Shown here: piece by piece, positions 11,769 through 24,529 of the stretch
Numbering within the stretch: position 1 is the first letter of the stretch
How the letters are laid out: the number at the start of each line of letters is the position of its first letter
Origin: Selaginella moellendorffii
Lineage: Eukaryota; Plantae; Lycopodiophyta
Direction of reading: 5' to 3'
NCBI RefSeq assembly: GCF_000143415.4
Contig: NW_003314403.1
Location: forward strand, 190,316-254,315
Length of the DNA stretch: 64,000 bases
Translations under genes and position numbers: made by a program
The notes under the pieces: generated by a model
Database searches by the model: none
What the model was told of the DNA's origin: nothing
Seen by the model: only the letters and a program-made list of their open reading frames with translations

Positions 11769-14096
11769 TTAACTCGAGCTCTCCGTCGTCTCTCCAAGAT
11801 AGGTGTTGAAGAGAGCTATGTATCCCGCGGAGGAGCCTGGATTAAACTTGATTGCAAGCTTGGCAGCTCTTCGAGCTCGTCCGAGATCGCCCTGGCCCTT
11901 GCAAGCCGCGAGCATTGTCATCCAGGCCAGCGGTCCAATGTTCTCGATCTTGGTGAGGAGCTTCTCGGCCTCGTCGAGCTGCCCGGCTCGAGCCAAGAGA
12001 TCCACGATGCAGCGGTAGTGCTCGCAAGTGGGAGCGATGTTGTGATCCTGGATCATCGCCAGGAAATAGCTGTAAGCTTCCTCCATGAGCCCAGCGTGGC
12101 TGCAAGCCGAGATGACGCTCACGTAAGTCACTCGGTTTGGCTCCAAGCCTTCGTGTTGCATGGTCTTCACGAGCAGCAGCGTCTCGTCTACGTGACCAAG
12201 CTGAGCGTAGGCTGCGATGAGCGAGCTCCAGAGTATCACGTCTCGGACTTCCATGCCGTCAAAGGCTCGCTGAGCTTCAATCACTTTCCCGCACTTGCCA
12301 TAGAGATTGACGAGGGCGATCCCGACTTCGATGGAGGAACGCAGCTGCTTCTCGGGAATGGACGCGTGAACCTGTCTGCCTTTGTCGAGAGCTCCCATCT
12401 CCGTGCAGGCATCCAGCACCGCTACGTAAGTTATGTTGTTTGGACTTAATCCCGAGGCCTCTTCCATTTCCTGGTAGAGCTCCCAGGCTTGTTTGGGATG
12501 TCCTGTGTGAACACAAGCTCCGATCATCCCGTTCCAGCAGATGATATCCCTGTGCCTCACGTTGCCGAAAATCCTGCGAGCTTCCTCTATAGTCCCAAAC
12601 TTCCCGTGCATGGCCACCAGCGCGCTTCCCAGGATTTCATGAAACTCATCCCCTCTCTCCGCGATAAAACCGTGAACGAGCTCCACTTCCTTGAGGCTGG
12701 CAGCAGCGTTGAGCGCGTGAGCCAAAGTCGCTCGGTCTGGTTCTCCGCCCTCGCAGAGCATTAGCCTAAACAGTGTCTTGGCCATGCTCGTCTGCTCGTG
12801 CTGGATGTAAGCCGATATCATCCCGTTCCAAGAGATGGTATCCCTCACCTCCATTCCCGAAAAAATCCTTTCCGAGACCTCCAAGTTCCCGCAAGCATCG
12901 TACATGCTTATGAGCGCGTTCGCGACGGAGACATCCCTCTCGAAACCGCATTGAGCTGCGGCAAAATGAAGAAAGCGAGCGTCAGTAAGCTGCGACCTCT
13001 TCGTGCAAGAGCTCAGGATCGTCATGAAAGTTACCTTAGTCGGCTTAAAGCCATGCTGGAGCATCTCGTGGAACAAGCTCACAGCTCTCTTGCAGCTCCC
13101 GTGCTGGATTAGAACCGTCATCATCGAGTTCCACGACACAACTGTGCGCTCCTCGATCGCCTGGAACGCATCGCAAGCGCCCTCGAGTCTCCCACACCTG
13201 CCATACAAGTTGATGAGAGCAATCCCAACAGCGTAGTTCAGGGTGGTCATCCCACTTTGCACCAAGCTCTGGTGGATCGACATACCTCGCTCCAGAGCTT
13301 CGATCCGAGCGCAAGCGTTGAGAACAATCCCGAGAGTGAGATGCTTTGGCGATAGCCCCTCGAGCAGCATCCGCTGGAAGAGATCCAGAACGTCGGCCTC
13401 GCAGCCCTGGTACCTGGAGCAGGCCGAGATTGCGATGCTCCAGGAGACGAGGTCTCTCAAAGGCATGCTGTAGAACACCGCCTTGGCATCGAGCAAGCTT
13501 CCGCACTTGCCATACATGCTCACCAGCGTGTTCCCGACTGCTATCTCGCAATCCACCTGGCTCTCGGCAGCACACAGATGGATCAAAGCTCCATCTCGCA
13601 GCTCCCGGGGGCTGGAGCACGCCGTGAGCGCATTGATGATGGTCACCTCGCTCGGCCTCACCCCTTCCAGCATCATCGCCTTGAACAAACGAAGTGCGAC
13701 TCCCTGATGCCCGGCTTGGGCATATCCGCCGATGAGCATCGTCCACGCCACAGCTCCCCTCTCGCGGAGACGATCAAACACTGTTTTTGCGATCTCGACG
13801 CTCTCGCACTTGCAATACATGCTGAGGAGCGGGATTCCCACGCTCGGATCCCTGTCCAGCTGATCCAAGCCCGCCAAGTGTGTGTGGAAGCGCTTCCCTA
13901 GTGCAAGCCCCTTGAGCCGTCCACAGGCCTGGAGAATGCGCGCCCAATCTTGCTGCGGCAAGGAGCTCGCGCGCGCGGCATTGCGATCGAGATCATCCAG
14001 CACGGCCTGCAAATCCCGGAAATCCTCGACTGGATGCCGGAGAAGATGAATGTACTTCACGAATCCCCACGGCGCCTTCTCTCTGCGCGCGAGCAT
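11769..14096 (-). CDS. PLS-class pentatricopeptide repeat protein with E extension (organellar RNA-editing factor type), intronless, no DYW domain
   Basis: 775-aa ORF with repeated motifs (GNTLVSMYGKCGSLLDAKAVF, RDVILWSSLIAAYAQLG) and EHYRCIVDLLARAGQLDEA ... WMTMLAAC. Confidence 0.95.
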   Translation of the reverse strand: MLARREKAPWGFVKYIHLLRHPVEDFRDLQAVLDDLDRNAARASSLPQQDWARILQACGRLKGLALGKRFHTHLAGLDQLDRDPSVGIPLLSMYCKCESVEIAKTVFDRLRERGAVAWTMLIGGYAQAGHQGVALRLFKAMMLEGVRPSEVTIINALTACSSPRELRDGALIHLCAAESQVDCEIAVGNTLVSMYGKCGSLLDAKAVFYSMPLRDLVSWSIAISACSRYQGCEADVLDLFQRMLLEGLSPKHLTLGIVLNACARIEALERGMSIHQSLVQSGMTTLNYAVGIALINLYGRCGRLEGACDAFQAIEERTVVSWNSMMTVLIQHGSCKRAVSLFHEMLQHGFKPTKVTFMTILSSCTKRSQLTDARFLHFAAAQCGFERDVSVANALISMYDACGNLEVSERIFSGMEVRDTISWNGMISAYIQHEQTSMAKTLFRLMLCEGGEPDRATLAHALNAAASLKEVELVHGFIAERGDEFHEILGSALVAMHGKFGTIEEARRIFGNVRHRDIICWNGMIGACVHTGHPKQAWELYQEMEEASGLSPNNITYVAVLDACTEMGALDKGRQVHASIPEKQLRSSIEVGIALVNLYGKCGKVIEAQRAFDGMEVRDVILWSSLIAAYAQLGHVDETLLLVKTMQHEGLEPNRVTYVSVISACSHAGLMEEAYSYFLAMIQDHNIAPTCEHYRCIVDLLARAGQLDEAEKLLTKIENIGPLAWMTMLAACKGQGDLGRARRAAKLAIKFNPGSSAGYIALFNTYLGETTESSS

Positions 14097-14434
14097 GAAC
14101 CCTAAAATCTCACAGAATATTTCAGTTTATTCTAAATAATAATTGGTAAAATAAAATATCATTTTTAACTTTTAAAATTTAATTCTGTAAGTGTTGGTTA
14201 GGCTTCAAATTTATAAAGTAGTTATTTTTTGCATTTTGCAGGGCAATTTGTTTTTACCTTTCTTGATTGGAAGGGTGAATATTACAATTGTCCTTCATTG
14301 TGCAAAATAAAAATTAACTTCCTAATATATAGATATTTATATAAAAATTTCTTTTAATACAATTAATTCAATCACAATGCTAGGCATTATAAATATATCC
14401 TTAGTTGATCTTGTTGTAGTCATCCATCACCACT

Positions 14435-14534
14435 NNNNNNNNNNNNNNNNNNNNNNNNNNNNNNNNNNNNNNNNNNNNNNNNNNNNNNNNNNNNNNNNNN
14501 NNNNNNNNNNNNNNNNNNNNNNNNNNNNNNNNNN
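14435..14534. other. Assembly gap (100 N)
   Basis: Run of N. Confidence 1.
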
Positions 14535-14559
14535 TATCTATTATACAAATATCATTTTT

Positions 14560-16100
14560 GCTATGAGCTTCTGGAAAAATTCTTTGAAAAAATTGATTTA
14601 CCCTAAAAAATAAAAATGTTCCACTCTCAACTGTTTTTCACATGTCTTTATCTCCACCATTAAACTCAAAAAGAATCTCAATTAAACATGTCACCCTTGC
14701 TCTTTTAAATATAGAAGGATTATGCAAATATCATTTTTGCATATTTGCCAAGCCATGAGCCTATATTTTGTTAATAGATTACTTAACATAACAATTATAA
14801 ATTTTGTGAGTTTTCCTTTACATTTTTCCCCATCTACAAGAGCATTATATTGGTTTAATAATATATTTGGCCATTTGTAATAGTTTTTATTCAATTCTTC
14901 CTTAATTTTTTGGATTAAATAATTTTGTAGCACTGAACATAGTTATATCTTTTCCCATTTTGGTTAGTATATTAACATATAGTTTTTGAACACACTCATT
15001 ACTTAAATCTAAGCAAAAGCTCAACCTACCATCTCTTTTGCTATTTGGAATAAGAGTATAATTTAATATATATTCATGTTGTTCCCCTCTAACATCTACA
15101 AACTTAATAAATCTATCTTTAATAACCTTTACAAAATTACTAAAGTATTTCACACCAAGAGTCTCTTTTAGAAGTTTCTTTTAATACTTTTCAAGTATCA
15201 TCTAAATACCCAGCAACATAATTTATCTTGAAAGATTTTATTAAAACTATTCAATTCAAGAAGTATATTAGCTAGCATATGAATAGCAAATTGCAATATA
15301 TAATTTGTCAAAAGCTAGTATATCTTCATAAAAGAAAATTAAAATTCTGTAAGAAAAGTTGACATTATGATGATCATTCTCTCTAAGACTTCCTTATGAG
15401 ATAACTAATGTATCATTATACCTTCCAATAGGAAATGCATGCATTTAATAAGTTTTATCTATGAGCTAAGCAATGCACTCAAAGAAAGTGTGGAATATCC
15501 TATTTCAGATTGTTCTTCAAATATAACAAAAGCTCTATTAGTTTCAATAGCAATATATTTTCCCTCTTCAAGGTCATCTCTTTTAAAACCTTTTTGATGG
15601 TTTTATATTTACTTATAGAATCTTCATCTAACATCAATTTTAGAAAGAAAGTTTTATTTAGACTTTTTCTTCTTCTTGCATATGGAAAAAGATGTATATG
15701 ATAAAATGAACTTCTAAACTTCTATTAGCATTATCATCCACCATAATAGAAAAGTAAAGACTGACTTGAATATCATGGCAAAAACCTTTCCATAAGATAT
15801 TTTTATGCATTTTATAAACTTTTTCTCATTTATGGCATTTATATAAGTCTCATTCTCTATAGTGAATGGTATATAGGCTAATAGGAGGGAGAAAAGAAAG
15901 ATAAATCAACAGTATATAGCAAGGCAAGAGCTTCATGATTCCTTATTTAGTGAAGGACTTGAGATCAGATTAAAGGATGAAGATCTTTAACAATAGAAGA
16001 AAAAATTGATACTTCAACCAATAAAAAGAAGAAGAAAAATAAAATATTCAAAATTGAGAGGAAATTCAATTTTCCTTAAGTTTATCCTATGGTGGCAAGT
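14560..16100 (-). pseudogene. Degenerate hAT-family (ZNF862-like) transposase remnant
   Basis: AT-rich and stop-riddled. A minus-strand frame at ~15690-15770 reads YFSIMVDDNANRSLEVHFIIY, resembling the first catalytic-Asp motif FSIxxDETTD. Downstream fragment ...FSATKLFNPKN. Boundaries are approximate. Confidence 0.6.
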
Positions 16101-16769
16101 AGAGGATGAAGTACAACATGTGTACTAAAAAGGATAATCTTTTTCATAAAGATGTTTCTTTGATTCTTCAAAAACCAACTTTGAAAGAGTAGAACAATTC
16201 TCAACAATATTAATTGGCTATAACTATTTGGGGTTATCTATCCCTAAGGATCAACACAAGAACAAATTAATTTCCACAATCAATCTATGAATCTAGTAGG
16301 TTTATGAGAATGCACAATAGCACATTTCCCATTTGCCCTAGACCTAATCCACATCAGCTTCATTTGGTTAGACCCAGGATATTCTTACAATATTCTTAAT
16401 AATATTTGATAGAATATTATCTGTGTTACAATGTACAAGTTTGCTTTGGGAACACTAAAATACTTTTGTACCTCATTAGTGCAAAGTGAAAATTAAACAT
16501 GTCCTTCAAGTAGCAAGGTAAAAGTGAAAATTGAACATGTTCTTCAAGTAACAAAGTAAATTAGAAACCAACTTCGAAATGCCAAAGTAAATATACCTTT
16601 GCAAGGCTTTGCAGGGTGTAAATTTGAGGCCTAGTGCCAGCCACTCTTTTATATTAGGGCTCTTATGATAGCTATGGTGGCCTTTTCTCCAGTTTAGTCT
16701 AATGTTTCAAATTTATGGTTGAATTGTTCCAATTACTGTTCCAATTAAAACTTCAATTAGAGTTCCAAT

Positions 16770-18300
16770 TGGTGTTTTATCACTCCCCACCTCAGCCACT
16801 GCCACCGTTGCCACCACCATTGTGGTAAGACTTTGAGTGGTTCTTTCACCAGCCACCATTGTCATAGGGCTTAGAGTGGTTCTTCTTTCACCAGCCGTTG
16901 CCACTGCAACCACCGGACCTCAGCAGTTGTTGACCTGGTTAACCAAGTGCATGTCCAGCATCTCCCCCAGCTCTAATCCAGCACCAAATGAATCTTTTGC
17001 TTTCCATTTTATAACTGTATCTCTGAGATAGGTGAAGATTCCCTGGAATGTGAACAGTCTTATTCTGGAAACTTGCAAGAAATGCTAAATGCATGNNNNN
17101 NNNNNNNNNNNNNNNNNNNNNNNNNNNNNNNNNNNNNNNNNNNNNNNNNNNNNNNNNNNNNNNNNNNNNNNNNNNNNNNNNNNNNNNNNNNNNNNTCGAA
17201 AAAAATTGTGCATAGCTGCCATGAAAGTTGGTGGGGGCATTTGTCAATAAAAACAATCTTTTCATGGCCTTCTTTGATTCTTATTTGATGATATAAAGAA
17301 TTGCAAGCAATCCAACAAGTCGTCTATGCACAGCAGTGGATATCGATTCTTGATATAAGAGCTCGGTAATCTACACAAAGACTCATCCCTTTTCTTAACA
17401 AAGAGAACTGGTGCACCAAAAGGGCTTTGGCTAGGTGAAGGTGGAGCTCGACTCTGCATGAGACACTCAATAAAAGGGGCTCAGAAAACAGGACTAGCAC
17501 CTGGCTCTTTGTTCTATGGTGTGATCCACAGCTTAGTGAGGTGGACTTGAGTCCTGAGAAATTAAGTGCATTTATAGCACAAAACACTCAGAGCCTTTTC
17601 TTACCATCTTTATTGCTTGAGTAGCAGTCATAATCTGTAGATCATGCTTGGCTTGCATTTCATACTTCTTGCCAGCAACTTTCAGTTTCCTCAGATGGCG
17701 TCACTAGCTAATAAATGGATGTAGCCATTCTTGGCCAATTATCATATCCAGATGAGTGAGCTCCATCACAACAAACGAGTCAGCTAGGTGAACTGTTTGA
17801 CCTTTATCTTAGAGGAAGCAAGCCTCTAGACGTTCGGGTAATCATCTAAGCTCTCACTATATGGAGAACCTGACCTACAGATTTATGCAAGAAACCTGAG
17901 TCGATTAATACCAGCACCTGGTGGCCTTCATAGATCCCAAGATGTCATGATGATTATGCTTGGACCACTCCTACAAACACCAGGTTTGCAGCAGGGCACT
18001 TACCACGTTGCTTATAATCTTCCTTTTTAATTTCCTCAGATTTTGGTGCTTCAACTTAATTCAGTTGTGCCTTTGTTGTTTTCATAGGAATGGTGTCCAG
18101 CTTCCCCACAGCTGTAGCAACTTGCCTTCATTTCTATAACTTGCTTTTTGGGCATTGGAAAGGAGACCCTTGGGCATGCCCATGACACAGCGACAAGCAA
18201 GGTAGCAAAGGAAGGCTCTATCTTTGACATCTAGCTGCATTTGTGACGCTTGTACTGTGATGCTCCACTGGGACTTGGATTGGAGTCTTCATGAGTGGCT
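16770..18300 (-). mobile_element. Fragmented Ty3/gypsy gag-pol remnant
   Basis: Zinc-knuckle-like CYSCGEAGHH (~18085-18120), protease VLIDSG (~17895-17915) and RT start SQSPFGAPVLFVKKRD...KNRYPL..IDDLLD (~17310-17440). Gag-like segments are shared with 28170-28660. Interrupted by a gap. Confidence 0.75.
17096..17195. other. Assembly gap (100 N)
   Basis: Run of N. Confidence 1.
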
Positions 18301-19421
18301 ACTATGAAACTGTTTGATATGGGAGAGATTTACAGTCTACCTGGGTTTGATGGCAGCAACATCCATGTGTTTATGGAAAGGTTTATAGATGTTAGTTGAC
18401 TAGACATGCTAGCTGTTATCTCCACCTACACAGAAAGGAGAAGAGTTTTATCAACTGCTATTGAGAAGTATATTATGGAGACTGCACCTGCTACAGATTG
18501 GTTTATGGAGTTTGCATGAAGGATGATCACTGAAACAGGCTGGGAACTTGGAGTCTATCACTTTCTGAGGGATGATGTGGTTTTGCTGTGGAACGATCCT
18601 GAGACAGCAATCTTTAGAGAAGATTTGATATTTACTTACTATCTCTCAGGTAAGACAGTAAGAATTACATGATATCGTGATAACTTTTTCAGGTGCCAGA
18701 CATGTGATTGTACCAGGATGGAGGAGAGGCATGACTCTTGTAGACTGTGGGTTTGCAACTCTCCTTGAGAGTAGTGATGGAGTGGAACCTTTTGCCCCAA
18801 TAGTTCCATATATAAGAGGGGTCACCAATAATGAAGCTCAAGCTCCCGGTTTGCTAGTTACAATAGAAGGAGACATATGAACTTTAAAACTGAGAGGGGT
18901 GTCAGTGGTGCTGGTTAAAGAGATTGGGAATGTGGAACAACTAAATGAGTGTTAGTGAAGACTGGTATTTCATTTGCAACATATGGTTGAATAAGGTCAT
19001 TTTGTGAAACAGGACCAGATGTGATATTTTTCCTATGGAATGGTAAGCTAAACAAGATTATGCTTGTGTTTGTATAGATCAAAATGGGAAGTGACCTTGA
19101 AGCAACTCAAGCATTTGCAATGCTATACATCATAAAGCTGGGCACGAAAGTGAATTCAGAAGGCTCTCACAAACTCAAAGATTGATGTTCCACTACGTAC
19201 ATAAAGCTGGTTGTGACAATAAGGAATGCCTACGAGTGAGAAAGCTAGCCTTTGGAGAAGGTAGAGTGAACATTTAAAAGGAAAACATTTGAAAGAAAAA
19301 GTAAGGGTAAGTTTTGAAAATTATGTGTTATTTAAACTTTCTGTGGTCTGTTCTATAGGTTCCACCTTTATTAGCTATTTGGGCCAATGAAAGGCTACAT
19401 GGTATTATGAACACAGAATTA
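18301..19421 (+). pseudogene. Decayed paralogue A of the NTPase-nuclease gene (3' half)
   Basis: Nucleotide similarity to the reverse complement of 21700-23065 (e.g. gagagatttacagtctacctgggtttgatggcagcaacatcc), with stops and deletions; the introns are retained. Confidence 0.9.
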
Positions 19422-19521
19422 NNNNNNNNNNNNNNNNNNNNNNNNNNNNNNNNNNNNNNNNNNNNNNNNNNNNNNNNNNNNNNNNNNNNNNNNNNNNNNN
19501 NNNNNNNNNNNNNNNNNNNNN
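19422..19521. other. Assembly gap (100 N)
   Basis: Run of N. Confidence 1.
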
Positions 19522-19764
19522 TGAGAAAGCTTTTGGTAGTAGATATCATTGTGGTACCTTTATGTCACAGAGTACGCTTATGGGACGTTTTATGAACATA
19601 TTTAGACAACCATCTGTATACAGAATTAACTTCAAGATATATGTATATATAACACTTATAAGTGTTTGAGAAAAGAGTATTGGAAGTGTCTTTGAAACAA
19701 GAGTATTGACAGAGCTGTTTGGATTGGTTGAAACACATATAAAGAGTCATGATGAAGTTAGTTT

Positions 19765-21631
19765 CGCATATGGATAGTTGTCTAAATGTGTTCATAAAAC
19801 ATTCTATAAGTGTATTCTATAGCATCTGGTGCCAAACCACAATCTACAAAAGTTATCCCTCTCCTCCTCACATATCCAGCACCTGAAAAAGTAAAAGTAA
19901 AAATCAAAATATCATGTTGTCATACCTGAGAGATAGTAAGTAAATATCAGATCTTCTATAAAGCTTGCCGTCTCAGGATTGTTCCACAGCAAAACCACAT
20001 CATCCCTCAGAGAGGGATGGACTCCAAGTTCCCACCTGTTTCAGTGATCATCCTTCATGCAAACTCCATGAACCAATCTGCAGCAAGTGCAGTCTCCATA
20101 ATATACTTCTCAATAGCAGTTGATAAAACTCTTCCTGTGTAGGTGGAGATAACAGCTAGCATGTCTAGTCGACTAACATCTTGTAAACCTTTTCATAAAC
20201 GCTTGGATGTTGCTGCCATCAAACCCAGGTAGACTGTAAATCTCTCCCATATCAAACGGTTTCATAGTTCCAGAAAGAAGATTCTCCCAAACCGTCAACA
20301 AGCTCATTCCTGTACCTGAACCAAATAGGGGACTTCACAGCACACCATATGACTTGAGCACAAGGACGACTGTCCTTCCTGAGGAGTTCGGCCTGATATG
20401 AAGCAGCCCTTCATGCATTGTAATAATGACTGAGCTTCTAGCACGGCAGTTGATGACGTGTTTCTGAGACTGGTTGAGGAGTTGCTTGGTTTGGTCCGTG
20501 AAGTCCATCAAGTGCCTCTTTCGTTAATTACTTCACTTGCGGCATAGAAAAGCTGGTAAAAGAGGATGCCACAGTTGGGTACTCCAGCTGAAAAAAACGC
20601 AGTCTCGTGGAACAAGCCCTGGCTTACACTCTTTCAAAAATTTAAGCCAAGTGAGCCGTGCAACCCCCACCCCACACAGCACCACTGGATGCTCTGGGGT
20701 AATATTTCTTTCTCCTCCTAGAAAACTGTTTTCCATCCAGTTGGCCACTCTGTGAATATCTTTTGATCCTCCTCCAAACCCAACCATGGCACAGTCACCT
20801 GTGAAAAACAAACTGAACCTGGTGCTGGCGAGTTCAATCAGCATTCGTGTTTTACCTTATAACTAGGTGCTAAGATCACAGTAACCTGCTGACTTGACAA
20901 CCTTCCTGCAAATCTTTTGTCCAACTCTACAAGTCCACTTCCCACAAAATGCATGGTCTACCATCAAGCGTGCACACGAGCAGAAGGGAACCTTGCCTTG
21001 TAACCTGACTCGTCTACTGCTAACTGTGCTATTGCCGGCCGTTTTGAGAGAGATATAAGCGTCACACCGACGTGTAATGTCTGTTTCTGTAAACAATAAA
21101 ATCAGTGAAAAAAATTCCCAAGAAACCAGTTACAACGCCACGTCATAGCCACCAAAAGACAAATGCGCTTGCAGCAGTGCAGTAAAGAATAACAAGCATC
21201 TCCATGGCTAAGACACATCTTCTGTTTACACAAACTCGTCACACAACCAGCTTAAGCCAACAGGGACAGAACCTACAGCCATAGCCAATGGCCAGAAGGC
21301 AAAACAACAAGTGAGACCACAGAGCGAAGGAAACAATACAAACAAAACAAAACCCTCAAGCAAGATCAAACTCGTCAACACGTAGTTCCCAAATGTAGCG
21401 CACCACATCAGGCAAACCACCAGTTACAACGGCCAGGCCATAGCCAGATCACCAGGTATAGAGACGCACGGCACACAGTCACGACCACAGCCAGAAGACA
21501 CAGACAGCATTAATAGAACGGAATGGAAGCAGATGGCCATGAATTTAATTACAACCACAGGCCAGACACAAGCACCCAAGCACCAAATCCAACAGCGAAG
21601 CAAGACCTTGAAACATCCGCCGATTTCATGG
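19765..21631 (-). pseudogene. Decayed paralogue B of the NTPase-nuclease gene
   Basis: Colinear with ~22350-23985 but with frameshifts, deletions and an internal inversion (20444-20563). ORF fragment MLIELASTRFSLFFTGD...GGSKDI. Confidence 0.9.
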
Positions 21632-21666
21632 GGAATTACGAAGAACGAGTGCAACTTATTCCGTTT

Positions 21667-24498
21667 TTATTTGAACTTTTCTATAGCTTCTAGTAATTCT
21701 GTGTTCACAATACCACGTATCCTTTCATTGGCCCAAATAGCTGACAAAGGTGGAACCTACACAACAGACCACAAAAAAGTTTAAATAACACACAACTTTC
21801 AAAACTTACCCCTGCTTCTTCTTCTGAACATTTTCCTTTTAAAAGCTCACTCTGCCTTGCCCGCATTCCTGCTCGTGAGCATTCCTTTGTTGTCATAACC
21901 AACCTTATGTACCCAGTGGAACACCACTCTTTGAGTTTGTGAGAGCCTTCTGAATTCACTTTCTTGTCCAGCTTCATGATGTCCAGCGTCGCAAATGCTT
22001 GAGTTGCTCCAAGGTCACTTCCCGTTTTGATTTGTACAAACACAGGCATAATCTTGTTCAGCTTACCATTCCACAGGAAAAACATCGCATCTGGTCCTGC
22101 TTCACAAAATTGCCCTATCCAACCATATGTTGCAAACGAAACACTAGTCTCCACTGACTTGAGCCACTCGTTCAGCTGTTCTGCATTTTCAATCACTGTA
22201 ACAGCCCCCTCTGATGCCCCTCTCTGTTTTAAAAGCTCATATGTCTCCTTGTATGTGGTGTGTGTTTCAACCAATCCGAGCACCTCTGCCGGTACCTTCT
22301 TCTCAAAGGCACGTCCAAGCTCCCAACATACATACGTCTCGAAGTTGATTACACGCTGTCTAAATGCGTTCAGAAAGTATCCCATGTGCATACCCTGTGA
22401 CATGTGGTGCCACAGTGCATCTACCACCAAAGGCTCTTGCAAGATTACATAGCGAATCTCTGTTGTAACTGACAAACGACGAGTCTCTGTTGTAACTCGC
22501 AAACCGGGAGCTTGAGCTTCATTATCAGCGACCCCTCTGATATATGGAACTATTGGGGCAAAAGGTTCCGCTCCATCGCTGCCCTCAAGGAGAGTTGCGA
22601 AACCCCAGTCTACAAGAGTCATGGCCCTCCTCCGTCCTGGTACAATCACATGTCGGGCACCTGAAAAAGTAAATGTAAATATCACAATATCACGTAATTC
22701 TTGCTGTCTTGCCTGAGAGATAGTAAGTAAATATCAGATCTTCTATAAAGCTTGCCGTCTCAGGATCGTTGCACAGCAAAACCGCATCATCCCCCAGAGA
22801 GCGCTGGACTCCAAGTTCCCGGCCTGTTTCAGTGACCATCCTTCGTGCAAACTCCATGAACCAATCTGCAGTAGGTGCAGTCTCCATAATATACTGCTCA
22901 ATAGCGGTTGATAAAATTCTTCTTCTTCCTGTGTAGGTGGAGATAACAGCTAGCATGTCTAGTCGACTAACATCTATAAACCTTTCCATAAACGCTTGGA
23001 TGTTGCTGCCATCAAACCCAGGTAGACTGTAAATCTCTCGCACATCAAACGGTTTCATAGTTCCAGAAAGAAGATCCTCCCGAACCGTCAACATGCTCTT
23101 TCCTGTACCTGAAACAAACAGGGGACTTTGCAGCACACCATATGACTTGAGCGCAAGGACGATGGGATTCAACAGCGACTGCCCTTCCTGAGGAGTTCGG
23201 CCTGATATGAAGCGCCCCTTCATGCACTGTAATAATGACTGCGCTTCGTCTAGCACTACTGTGGCATCCCCCCAACCCACCTCTTTTACCAGCTTTTCTA
23301 TGCTGCTAGTGAAGTAATTCACAAAAGTGGGCACTTGATGGACGTCACGAACCAAACCAAGCAACACCTCAAGCAGTCCCAGAAACACGTCATCAACTGC
23401 CGGATACTCCAGCTGAAAAAACGCCCAGTCTCGTGGAACAAGCCCTGGCTTACACTCTTTCAATAATTTGAAAAAACTGAGACGTGCAAGAATTAAGGCC
23501 CCCACGCCACACAGCACCACTGGATGCTCTGGGGTAATATTTCTTTCTCCTCTCGGAAAACTGTTTTCCATCCAGTTGGCCACTCTGTGAATATCTTTTG
23601 ATCCTCCTCCAAACCCAACCATGGGACGGTCACCTGTGAAAAACAAACTGAACCTGGTGCTGGCGAGTTCAATCAGCATTCTTGTTTTCCCTGATCCACT
23701 AGGTGCTAAGACCACAGTAACCTGCTGACTTGACAACCTTCCTGCAAATCTTGTGTCCAACTCTACGAGTCCACTTCCAACACCTTCCCACAAAATGCAT
23801 GGTCTACCACCAAGTGAGTACACGAGTGTCCGAGCAGAAGGGAACCTTGCTTTGTAACCGGACTCGTCTACTGCGAACTGTTCTATTGCCTCCCGTTTGA
23901 AAGAGATATAATTGTCACACCGACGTCTAATGGCTGTTTCTGCAAACAATAAAATAAGTGAAACCTTGAAACCTCCGCCGATTTCAAATGCCAAAAACTG
24001 GACAACAAATGGGAATTCTGACATGGATGCATGTGCAAGGGAACAAAGGGCTTTCGCAATTGCTTACCGATTCCATGGGGCACTGCAACATTCAGAACAA
24101 AACAAAGTTAGTATTAGATCTGGAAGAAAAAACTATCAATAGAAAACATGGCCAACCATAGCCACACTTCCAGCAACCCAAAATAAAAGCGACCTCAGGC
24201 AAAATCCTTAACCATGACCGAAAGCAGCCATATCCACAACACACAGCAAAACGCCCCAAATCGAGGGGGATGACTTACCATTACTTCTGAGGAGAAGGAG
24301 TTTTTCCTCCCGCAGCTGCACTTTCTCATTCCGCAGCTGCTCTTCCTTCTTCCGCAGCTGCTCTTTCTCATTCCGCCAATATTCCGCCAGAGATTGATTG
24401 CCACTCTGAAGGGCAGAGAGAAAAGATTCCCCAGCCGCTTGGATCTGCGGCTCAAGAAGCCCGATTTGAGCCTCCACCTTAGCCAATTCCTCGTCCAT
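21667..24498 (-). CDS. Putative Crinkler/CR-effector-like protein: coiled-coil header + P-loop NTPase + PD-(D/E)xK-like nuclease, ~800 aa, 5 exons (24498-24279, 24082-24068, 23939-22713, 22660-21810, 21756-21667)
   Basis: The exons join in frame (2403 nt) with GT/GC-AG introns. Header EKEQLRKKEEQLRNEKVQLREEK; Walker A APSGSGKT (~23684-23707); Walker B VVLDEAQ (~23239-23259); sensor-like FVSGTG; C-terminal GPDAMFF...VFVQIK (~22026-22098). Confidence 0.75.
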
Positions 24499-24529
24499 TT
24501 TGCTAGCTGAAACCCTATCAGTGGTGCCC

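Noticed and set aside
11673-13901. Long overlapping ORFs antisense or out of frame to the PPR gene (e.g. 11673-12449, 13045-13746)
   Set aside because: Shadow ORFs of GC-rich coding sequence with no motifs of their own.
14377-19595. ORF-track entries spanning N runs (14377-14613, 16939-17288, 19328-19595)
   Set aside because: Artefacts of translating through assembly gaps.
22690-24024. Treating the 444-aa and 326-aa ORFs as two genes of a prokaryote-like operon (contamination or recent HGT)
   Set aside because: They join through a 52-nt spliceosomal-type intron conserved in the paralogues, and they are embedded among plant transposon remnants.
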